64,000 bases of DNA. Origin: Macrostomum lignano. Lineage: Eukaryota. The stretch covers positions 1 to 64,000 of the forward strand of contig NIVC01000544.1 in assembly GCA_002269645.1 (NCBI GenBank). The letters are read 5' to 3'. The position numbers were made by a program, and so were the translations under genes. Positions within the stretch are counted from its first letter, which is position 1; each line of letters opens with the position of its first letter. Positions 54,405-64,000 of this stretch are shown here, in pieces. Below the pieces are notes generated by a model. That model did no database searches and was not told the DNA's origin. It was given only the letters and a program-made list of their open reading frames with translations.

Positions 54405-54775
54405 GGGTTTTTTTGGGCCATATGGGTTTTTTGGCCCCTTGAAAATCTCATAGGCAACTGGATTTTTTGGCATTAGAGGCCAATCTGGCAACTTTATTTT
54501 CCCCATGCCAGTTGCCAATTTAAAAAACATGATTTTGTAAGTGTAATAAAAGTGCTATATGAATCAATATAATGCAATTGTTAGTTTGTTATTGTTTGCA
54601 GCATAGAAAGCAACCTTAGAGTTGAGAGAACAAATTTATGCTTTTCAAGCACAGCCTTGGAAATATCCATCCTTGAGAATTTGGCTAGTTGCCAATAGGC
54701 AACTGAAAATAGCCATTGGCAACTGGATTTTGAGCCCCAAGGGCCAGCTGGCAATTGGATTTCCAACCTTAAAAA
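54405..54775 (+). repeat. Long inverted repeat, left arm (~370 bp)
   Basis: Diverged reverse complement of 56545-56918. Confidence 0.85.
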
Positions 54776-56207
54776 CCCAGCGTGTAGCTCACATGCTGCA
54801 TATGTGCAGCGTCAGGGGGTATGCAGCAGGTTTGCATGGCTGTGACTGCATCATTGGTGCAGCGGCAAGATGAGAAGCCTGTGAGCAGCAATGAGCAAGA
54901 GCAGCACCTTGCAAAAGTTTCACAAACTGCAATGAGCTGATTAATTGATGAGAAATTATTCTATTTAGCTAAATGAATATGGAGCATATGATAGCTCATA
55001 TTTGCTAAGTATAGTTGACTGCAATAATTAGCCGTCAATGCAATCTAAAGAATTCAAACTATTGCTTTTTATCCTAAAAGTATAATTATAAGTTTATTTT
55101 TGCAAATAAAACCACAATACAATTGTTGCATTGTATTCATTGGTTTTTTAATTTTTTAATATAAAAATGCTAAAATGTTTTTACTACTACTAGGCAGAAA
55201 GTAGAATAACCTGTTATGTTGTGAAAATTAGCCAGAGTGGCCTATCTAGTGTTTATAGTATCCGTGATCTTGACCAGTAGACTTATTCAATCCAAAGCAA
55301 GGCCTATTTTATTGCCAAGCCTAACTACAATACAAGTATATCCTAGAATTTAGGTATATATATTTTTATCGCTAAAATGCCTTGATAAGACTAAGTAATA
55401 GAGCTTTTCATTAAAACTTTATTGACTAAACTTAATAAAATTTTTGAATTAAATATCTAGGCCTATTTTATTAGGCTAAGTATTACTTGCTAAGGTGATA
55501 TTTTAATAGGCTATTTTACAAAAAATTAATGTACTATAGCCAGGGGCCTACTACAATTAGCAAGCATCAATTGTCCTCAGTCAGTTGTTAGTGATTTAGG
55601 GAAGGAGAGCCAAGGGGGGGGGGCAATAGCTCCTCTCTTTTGCTATGGCTAGACTTGTATATAAGGTATGGTATAATAATTTTGGGCTGATCATGGGCTT
55701 ATTTTGGCTCAACCCAAAAAGTTGGACCAATTTACCCCTCTACCCTACTTTAAAATTTCTAGATCTGCTAGTTTGCCAATAGCCAAATGCCATGATTATC
55801 CTAAGACTTAAATAAATAAAATTATAATAATAGAACAATTGATGCATCTAGGCCTAGTGATACACAGTTATTAGGGCCTCATTGTATCATTCTAGGTACT
55901 GCAAAAACATAACACTAGACTTTTACTATACAAATATTGCATGACATCTTTAGCCTAAATTATAGTGTCACCTTAACTTGAGAATAGCCCCCAAAAATGG
56001 AAGCCAGAAGGCAGTGTCAGCTTTGCTCAATGTAGGCATGTCACTGATAGGACATTGCCCATTTAATTAGCATTAGTTGTCAGGCAGTTTATAACATCAG
56101 ATGGCTAGAAGAAGCTAAGGCCTAGAAAGATAGCCAAGATCTAGAAGGCTTACAAAATTGTACTTGAATAAATTCAAGCAAATCTTACCACAAAGCTATT
56201 GGCCAAA

Positions 56208-56420
56208 ATGTCCAGCATAGATGAGGTGGCTAGAGTTTTTAAATCAACTGTGTCCAGAGCTGTGAAGAAGGCTAGTGAGAAGGCTCATGACTGCTCAAGA
56301 AAATTGCAAAATAGCTTAAACCTTGACAAGTTCTAGGTGTCAAATATTGATTTTCTGGAATAAAAAGACTTTTACTGTGGACCCCATTTTTAATAAACAA
56401 AACAATCATTTGTCAGCTTT
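56208..56420 (+). pseudogene. Decayed IS630-Tc1-mariner transposase fragment (DD37D/maT-like)
   Basis: HTH-like EVARVFKSTVSRAVK, then after a frameshift LIFWNKKTFTVDPIFNKQNNH, matching the I.FSDEK.FTV....N.QNDR first-D motif. Stops and frameshifts present. Confidence 0.55.
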
Positions 56421-56544
56421 AACAGTGATGATAACAGAGCAAGTTGGTGCATGCCTACTACCAAACAGCCTACTTCAGTCGTGATGCTTTATGTTATAGC
56501 CTTCAAGTCTAATGGTGCAGTCATGCTGCCTATATGATTTGCAC

Positions 56545-56918
56545 CTGTTTTTTTCAAGGTTGGAAACCCAATTACCAGCTAGCCCTTGGGGCTCAAAATC
56601 CAGTTGCCAATGGCTATTTTTGGTTGCCTATTGGCAACTAGCCAAATTCTCAAGGATGGATATTTCCAAGGCTGCACTTGAAAAGCAGAAATTTATTCCC
56701 TCAATTCTAAGATTGCTAGGCCTATCTATGCTGCAAACAATAACTAACAATTCCATCATATCAATTTATATGGCACTTGTATTATATTTACAAAATCATT
56801 TTTTGAAATTGGCAACTGGCATGGGGAAAATAAAGTTGCTGGATTGGCCTTTAATACCAAAAATCCAGTTGCCAATAAGATTTTCAAGGGGCCAAGAAAC
56901 CCATATGGCCCAAAAAGG
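56545..56918 (-). repeat. Long inverted repeat, right arm
   Basis: See 54405-54775. Confidence 0.85.
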
Positions 56919-57531
56919 TTTGCATAGGCCTAGGGCTATTGCCTCAATATAGCTGCAAGAAGCTGTGCTTCTATAGGTCACTAAGATCATAGCTGGTAAG
57001 CCTTACATTTTTAGTAGGATAGGGCCCTATTGCACATGGCTAATATTATGCAGAATTGGTTGGCAAAGAACATACAAAATAACTTACTTGTGAATAAAAC
57101 CCTAAAACAGAAAGTAATGCAAATTTGAATAAATGGCAAGAATAACTATGACTCTTACTAGGACTAGGCCTAAATGCTTTGTCATCTAATTAGTAGGCCT
57201 ATATATCTAAATTCTTTTGGATAGGCATTTTTGCAACTTATCCCTAGTCTACTACAATTTGTACTGGCCAGATTGACCAGTTTGGCTAGCAGTTGCATAT
57301 ATATAGCTAAGAACATGTCATTCTAGGACAAGTCCTTCTGGCTGGCACATTTTGGCCACCCTAGTTACTAGATTTAAACCCACTGGACTTTGCCATTTAG
57401 GCACATATAGAGTCCAAGGCCTGTACCATTTACTACCCCACTGTCAATTCCCTCAAAGTCAAAGCAAGTGTAACAGAGAAGTAGGTGGACAAATTGGCCC
57501 ATTGACTAGGCCTATATTGCAAAGGTCAACT

Positions 57532-58123
57532 CCCACACTCAGGAAGGTGTACATTATGGCGGAAAATTCCGGCGCACATCAACGAAAAATGTGCGCGAAG
57601 TGGCGCACACGGCGCACAACAGAGGCTGAGCAGAAGTTTTTAGTGCACATTAGCGCATAGCAAAACCCGATCAGAAAAATTTAGCCCACAATGAGTCACC
57701 TAAATGTATAATCTGGATATGCAGTGCGTAAAATATGCTTTAAGATTAAGTTTTTTCCAAGCCTATCAATGAAAAAGTGTTTCTTGGTAAGTGAAACGAA
57801 TAATAAAATTCAAAATGGTTTTTTACTGTAAAGTTAAAGCTTTTTTTGACAATTTTCTACGTGAGCTAAAAAAAAGCAACAGTTTTGAGTTAAAAAAAGC
57901 CTACATAAAGTACAAAAATTTATCCGTTTTTTAGTTTTGTTTTAATTATATTTTTACCGAGTTTTTTGTGCTACGGCTCATTAGTACTCTAGCAATGTAT
58001 TTGTCAATAAACGAATGTAGACCTCTGCGCACAAATTCATATTTTAGCTTCGCGCACAGCGCACACTCCAAAAATACGCTGAAATATATTCCGGCGCACA
58101 TGTGACACCTTCCTGAGTGTGGG
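57532..58123. mobile_element. Non-autonomous TIR element (~590 bp)
   Basis: TIRs CCCACACTCAGGAAGGTGT / ACACCTTCCTGAGTGTGGG and subterminal GCGCAC motifs at both ends. No convincing TSD. Confidence 0.7.
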
Positions 58124-58502
58124 TCTACTCTAGCTTCTGGCCACAACTGGATAAAGTTATGGTAGCCAATGGGAACTACATTGACTGAGCTAGCAGTCTG
58201 CATTTATTTTAATATCACAGACTCAAAAATTGTTTTTTCTTTTTTCTTGACATTGCTATTCTATACTAGAAGGATTTTTTGTAAATAATACTATTTTGTC
58301 AAGTTTTTTTGCAACACTCAGTATTTTGAGAAAAAATAACAAAAAGCCTAATTATGCTTGGTCTAAAGAATTATGGCTCTTTTAAAAAGCAACAGCTAGA
58401 TAAATTAAATAAAAATATCAAAAAATACAGCATACTACAAATTCTACAATAGGCCTAACTAATGAAACAAGACAATGATACTGCAATGCTTAAAGTAAAA
58501 AC

Positions 58503-61500
58503 TGACGCAATGCAGACAAGACTCGTTTTAGTTTGAACAATAATTCAGCGAACTGATATACTTGCTGAGTAAGAAAATCACAACGAAAAAAAGCTAGATT
58601 AAGTTATTTAAATACAAAATGGTATAAAACGATATTTGAGTTATTGATAAAAGTTAGAGTAGAAAGTACGTTATGTACACATTGATATATGCATGGTGGG
58701 GTGCACGCTTGGCATGGTAAGCAGCGCACAAAAGTGAGTCAAAGTTTAACAGCTAGCCAATAGTCAATAGTCAGCAACAACACCCCAACACGTCATCTTC
58801 CCCCTCCGAACCGTAGAGGGGGCACTCCCCTATTCGAGCGCGATGGGTAGCGTCCTGACGTGCCACCAAGGTGAGTCGGATGTGGCTCCGGCGTCGTGTC
58901 GAGTTCAGCGTTCGGCGCCAGGTCGAGCGCAACATCCGCCGCCGCTGCCTGTTCGGTGTGCGCGTCATCGTCGCCGTCCGCGCTATGCCGCTCAGCAGAG
59001 CCGCCGATATGGCCAGCAGAAGCGTCACCGGCATGTCTTAGTAACAGAGCAGCGGCGTTGTTCTCTGCCTTTTCTATGCTCGATTGATTCTCTTCGGGGT
59101 TGATCAACGGTCAGATCTGATCCTGATGCGCCAATGTGAGACGCCCGGATCCTCGTTGAATGAGGGCGGCATTCGAGCCCTTCTGCAGGAGAAACTCCGC
59201 CTTTTCAGGGGGCAGTCCGGCGGCGGGGACGTACCAGATGCCCGATCCGATCGGCGTGCACATGGTAATGGGATTTCGAAGCTGCCGACCCATCAGCTCC
59301 GAAGGGCTGTGCGGACGTCCTGCATGCGGGATGCAGCGGTAGTTTAGTAGAAGCCTGGCCAGGAAGCTCTCGTACGTTTCTCGACGATCCCAGCCCAGAG
59401 AGGCCTGCTTGATAGATTGAACCATTCGTTCCGCGATGCCGTTGGACTGAGGATTCAGTGGCGGGGTCTTGATGGGGCGGCAGCCGATTCTCTCGAGCCA
59501 GCCGGTCAGTTTAGCATCATGGAATTCTGCCGCGTTGTCGCTCACCAGCACGTCTGGGACTCCATTGCGAGAGAAAACGTCCTGGAGCACACGCTTCACG
59601 GTTGCTGCGCTTCTATCTGAAACTCGCACGGCCTCTGGCCAGCCCGACATGGAGTCCACGAGAATCAGGATAAGACCGACTCCTGGCACGTGTGCGTGAT
59701 CCATATGGACGCGGAACCATGGACCGTTCTCTTGTGGCCAGCGGTGCACGGTGCTCTGACCTCTCGGATGAAGCCTGGCGCATGTTGAACAGGCACGAAT
59801 AAACGACTCCACGTCACCACAGTAGCCTGGCCACCATGCCGAGTTGCGCAACTGAGTCCGGCTTGAATTTGCGCCCTGGTGAGTGTCGTTGAGCACCAGC
59901 TCGAGTACTCGCCTCCGTAGCGAGGTTGGGATGACTGTCCGGTCCCCGTAACAGATCACACTCTCATCGATAGCTAGAGCATGACGAACAGCTTTGAATG
60001 GGCGTTCAGCCGGAGAGCAGCCGGACCAGCCCGCAGCAGCTCCCACCGGGGGGAACCGGTTCGATGATCCCCTCGGCTTCCATCCTTCTTAGCTCAGCAT
60101 TTAAGCTGTCTTGGGGGTGAATTGGCACGGCGCGAGCAGCGCAATAAAAAGGCCTGGCTCCCTCCACCAGCTTTATCTTGGCGTTGAATCCTCGTAGGTG
60201 CGGAAGTTGCTCCACAGCAGCGATCGAGGCTGATAGTGTTGTGATGGACGTATCTGGACAAAGTTGAGATTGGCCATTCCCAAGAGTCCGTGGGACTTTT
60301 GAGTGGCGTTGACAACAAAGTCTACCGTGCGAAACTGCGACTGTGTCTCCTATGTGGCTGTGAATTCACCTAGACACGTTATGATGGACCCATCGAACTG
60401 GCGCAGAATTCTTCTGGTCTTGCGGAGCGGGGGACGGCCGAGCAGCTCCTAGTGGTTGCTGGGGATGAGACTTATCTCTGCACCTGTGTCAAGCTGCATC
60501 CGGAGCGGCCGACCGTTGATGCGAACTAACTGGAAAAGGCCCCTGTCACCGGCTCTTGGACTCACAACGAATATATTGGATGTTCCACCGTGGACGTCGC
60601 TTGAAGCCTTCTGTGGTTCCTGTTCACTGACCTGGGGTTCAAGTGACACTTGATGGACAGTCCGTAGCTTGATCGACAGACAGAGGCGAGGTGATTGCGC
60701 CTGTTGCAGTTCGCACACTTCTTTCCGTAGGCAGGGCAGCTTCCTTTTGCGTGACTACCCCCGCAGTATGAGCACTTTGATTAAGCATCGGACTTGGACT
60801 GACGTCTGGCGAAAGCTATCTCCAGCTGCTGTGGTTGTGTTGGGACCATACTGTACTTTTGTATTTGCTCGATGCTCCAAGCCTTGAAGAATATCGAGAA
60901 GCAGAACTTCAGCACCTTGAGTCCTTTCGAGCACCCTGCGCCTGTGCTCTGCCGTGGCCAGACCGTCAATCAAGCGCACATCGTTATCATATCATCTTCG
61001 ATTGGTTGCTTCTTTCCTAGCTCCGCTAAGTCACAGCTAGCCGCCGCGGCACGAAGTCGTCGATAGTACGCAGCCGCCATCTCGCCCTGCTCTTGCTTGA
61101 TGCCCAGAAACTTCATGCGTTCGGCCATGACAAGGCGCCGCTTGGGACGGATGGTGGCAGTTATCAGTTCTTTTATAGCTTCGAATTTCATGTCCTCCAG
61201 CACTTTCGGTGCTGCGGCTAGCGAGAGTTCTGATTGCCGAAAGGCCAGCTGTGGCGAGAAAGAGATCTGTGACGTCCCGAGCTGTGTCTGAGTCACTCAG
61301 TTTCTTTATCCAAGCGTTGGCAGCAAAGCTCGGAATCCAGGCTTCTGCTTGGTCCAGGTCGTCAAGATTCAGCTGTGTCTCTTTGGATCCTGCTTGCGAC
61401 GCCATTGACGCGACGCAGACAAGACTTGTTTTAGTTTGAACAATAATTCAGCGAACTGATATACTTGCTAAGAAAATCACAACAAAGAAAAGCTAGATTA

Positions 61501-61689
61501 AGTTATTTAAATACGAAATGGTATAAAACGATATTTGAGTTATTGATAAAAGTTAGAGTAGAAAGTACGTTATGCACGCATTGATATATGCATGGTGGGG
61601 TGCATGCTTGGCATGGTAAGCAGCGCACAAAGTGAGTCAAATTTTAACAGCTAGCCAGTCAATAGTCAGCAACAACCCCCAACACATCA
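58503..61689 (-). mobile_element. Ty3/Gypsy (Mag-like) LTR retrotransposon, internally deleted (RT and RNase H missing)
   Basis: LTRs 58503-58795 and 61406-61689 (TG..CA), TSD AAAAC on both sides, PBS TGGCGTCGCAAGCAGGATC next to the 5' LTR, PPT GGAGGGGGAAGA before the 3' LTR. Frameshifted gag with two CCHC knuckles, protease LDTGA, RT N-terminal stub, integrase. Confidence 0.95.
59111..60046 (-). CDS. Retrotransposon integrase (Zn-binding H2C2 domain plus DDE core)
   Basis: DTHQG..WWPG..CSTC, HMDHA, LVSDNAAEF, PQSNGIAERMVQ. Confidence 0.85.
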   Translation of the reverse strand: MGAAAGWSGCSPAERPFKAVRHALAIDESVICYGDRTVIPTSLRRRVLELVLNDTHQGANSSRTQLRNSAWWPGYCGDVESFIRACSTCARLHPRGQSTVHRWPQENGPWFRVHMDHAHVPGVGLILILVDSMSGWPEAVRVSDRSAATVKRVLQDVFSRNGVPDVLVSDNAAEFHDAKLTGWLERIGCRPIKTPPLNPQSNGIAERMVQSIKQASLGWDRRETYESFLARLLLNYRCIPHAGRPHSPSELMGRQLRNPITMCTPIGSGIWYVPAAGLPPEKAEFLLQKGSNAALIQRGSGRLTLAHQDQI

Positions 61690-61843
61690 AAAACATACTG
61701 AGGCAAATAATTAATAGTTCTGCAGAAGACCATGAAAAATTTTTTATCTCCAATGGGGTAAAGAAGCAGTGATAGAAGAGCAAAGGCAGGGGACAGAGAA
61801 GCAATATACTCGTACATGCGCAACCTTGGAAATCACTCAGTCA

Positions 61844-61945
61844 TTTCTATTGGCAACACACACATGTAAGTCGCTATTGGCTGAGAACAGTCACATGACT
61901 ACTATTCTGTCCAATAGCAACTTACATGTGTGTTGCCAATAGAAA
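61844..61945. repeat. ~100-bp near-perfect hairpin (~35-bp arms)
   Basis: TTTCTATTGGCAACACACACATGTAAGTCGCTATTGG ... CCAATAGCAACTTACATGTGTGTTGCCAATAGAAA. Confidence 0.8.
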
Positions 61946-62699
61946 CAGCTGGGTAAATCCCTAGTATACACCCAAGCATGAGAAACAAAGACAAGGGGGG
62001 CAAAGAAGCAAGGACAAGGGGGCAAAGAAACAAAGACAAGGAGGCAAAGTAACAAGAGGTAAAGCAGTAGTTACAAAGCCACCAGGGATAAAAAAAGTAG
62101 GAATAGAGGAATAGAGGATAGAGGAGCAGGGCTATAGCCAAGATAGAGAGATAAAGTTGCAACAAGAATGAGTAACAATAAGGCAATGGAGCATAGGGTA
62201 AAGTAGGCTTAGCATAGGTTTGCATACAAATGACCCCTGTCAAAGTTGGCATACAAATTCTGGTATACAAAATTAGGCAATTTTTTGACATACAAATTCA
62301 TGCCAATTTTTTGCATACAAACTTTGGTGAATAAATTTAGCTGTGCATGAAAATTATAATGTAATAAATTAACATTTTTACATAAAATAAAGGGTAACTT
62401 GTATAATCTATAAAGTCAATACAGTGATTAACTTTTTTGCTTCTGTAAATTCAACAATAAAAAATTAGTAAAAATTATTGCTAAAATATAAATTTTGCAT
62501 TAGTTTTAATATAGTTTATAATTTAAGTAATTTAAAATGAAAATATTTGTAATCATATTTTAAAAAGACTTTTCGTACAAAAGCCTTTCATAGAAAACTC
62601 AACTTGTAAAAACCAAATTACTTTTTTAGGAGAAATTTTTGGCATACATTTTAGGGATTTTTTGCTCTTGACATATATGGTACAAACTAAATTGTAAGA

Positions 62700-63365
62700 A
62701 TGGATGCGGATTACTTTTTTGGAATCAATACAGATATAAATAGCAAATGCAGAAAATCTCCAGATTTAGTTCTGCTGTTATAACATGGATTTATATTCTG
62801 CTTTATTTCTATTTCTCTTTAAGCCCTATTTTCAGATAAATTGTTCTCATTTAAATTTATTGTAAAATAATAATGGAAAATCATTTTCTCTGTTTTCAAA
62901 AGTAAAGCTGCTTCAAGATATGCTGCTAATATTAGAAAATACAAAATTTGATTAGGTTTGAAGTTATTTTTGTCACTAGATATAATAGAAAAATGTACGC
63001 ACATAACATGTGTACTTCCAGAGACCACAAGTGTATAAAGTTTAAGTTTGGATTCTAAATAGTTCGACTAGATAGTTCAAGTCTAGATTGACTAGTTTCT
63101 TGTTTTCATGTACTTATGCCAATTCCATAAAGTACATGTAAATCTCTTGATGATTTCCTCATCATGATTTGTTTTTGGAAATAGAGAATGATTTTCAGTC
63201 ATTATTTGCAATAAATTTAAATAATAAAAAATTCTAAAAAGTAAATAGAAATAGATAAAAAGCAGAATATAAATTAATGTTTTGACAGAACCTAAATCTG
63301 GAGATTTTTTGCATCTGCTATTTATATCCGCTTTGATTCTATAAAATAGTAATCTACATCTGTAT
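62700..63365. mobile_element. Old MITE-like element with ~75-bp diverged inverted arms
   Basis: 62700-62775 (GATATAAATAGCAAATGCAGAAAATCTCCAGATTTAG) is the reverse complement of 63285-63365 (CTAAATCTGGAGATTTTTTGCATCTGCTATTTATATC). Confidence 0.6.
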
Positions 63366-64000
63366 CCGCATTTTAGTATGCGAATCCATTCCATATCCAT
63401 ATCTGTTTCTGCAGTTTAGTTGGTACTGACATATACTGGTTTATCATAGTCAGGATCATGCTATGTGTCCACCAGAAGCCAACCCAAATTTTTTGTCGGT
63501 ATGCACCAGGTACTCCAGCCAAAATAATGCACAAGTGCACTAGGTACACCAGTCCTAAATCCTAATCTTAATGTAAAAAAATGCACGATATACACAAAAT
63601 CACAATATATTATAAACATACATGCCCAACCTCAAAATTTCACCCGTCCAGTGCAACTTAGATTTATGACTTACCTATGCACCACCACACTGAAAGACCG
63701 GGGGGGGGGGTGGCATGTGTTGCTACCTGTGAAAAATGAAAGTATCTCATTTCTCTTCTCTTTTCCTACCTTCACTCTCTTTCCTGATTGATTTATCAAT
63801 TACTTATTCACTTATGCAGTACTAAACTGCACTGTAGCCTGTACCCTGTAGGCTATACTCCCTATATACTGTACTATATGTCTGGCAAACTAACTTGTAT
63901 TCATATATATAGGTGTACATTCTTTGAGTCATTATATACTTCACTTAAAGATAGACCTGCACCTGACTATGTATTGAATCTTGCACATGAATGGGATGAA

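Noticed and set aside
54324-56990. Short ORFs in the inverted arms (MEIQLPAGPWG.., MVQSCCLY..)
   Set aside because: Mirror translations of the non-coding inverted repeat.

Overview
Animal (invertebrate) genomic DNA, not prokaryotic: GT-AG introns, CpG-rich exons, and AT-rich, CpG-poor spacers packed with many unrelated minisatellites. The style resembles a free-living flatworm such as Macrostomum, but this is inference only. Genes reconstructed by hand from splice sites: a 6-exon RhoGAP (6910-12648, +), a 2-exon TAL/SCL bHLH factor (16923-17856, -), a 6-exon D-amino-acid/D-aspartate oxidase with a PTS1 signal (20089-24005, -), two tandem 3-exon CUB-like/C-type-lectin-like paralogs (26372-28418 and 31169-33352, +), an intronless 2485-aa ferlin (38124-45581, -), PTRHD1, FAM185A and a Xi-class glutathionyl-hydroquinone reductase (all -), plus orphan 3' exons near 37.1-37.6 kb. 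Mobile DNA: a hAT MITE with an 8-bp TSD, a tRNA-headed SINE family, several TIR elements, a decayed Tc1/mariner-type transposase, and a Mag-like Gypsy LTR element (58503-61689) that has lost RT and RNase H. Most long ORFs in the supplied track are artefacts of tandem repeats or antisense shadows. I found no clearly novel multi-gene system. The best leads are inverted minisatellite arrays bracketing two RhoGAP exons, the intronless ferlin with degenerate Ca2+ ligands, an intron-containing animal GHR, a CpG-decay signature confined to repeats, and a 930-bp (CTGA)n branch-point-like array next to competing splice acceptors.
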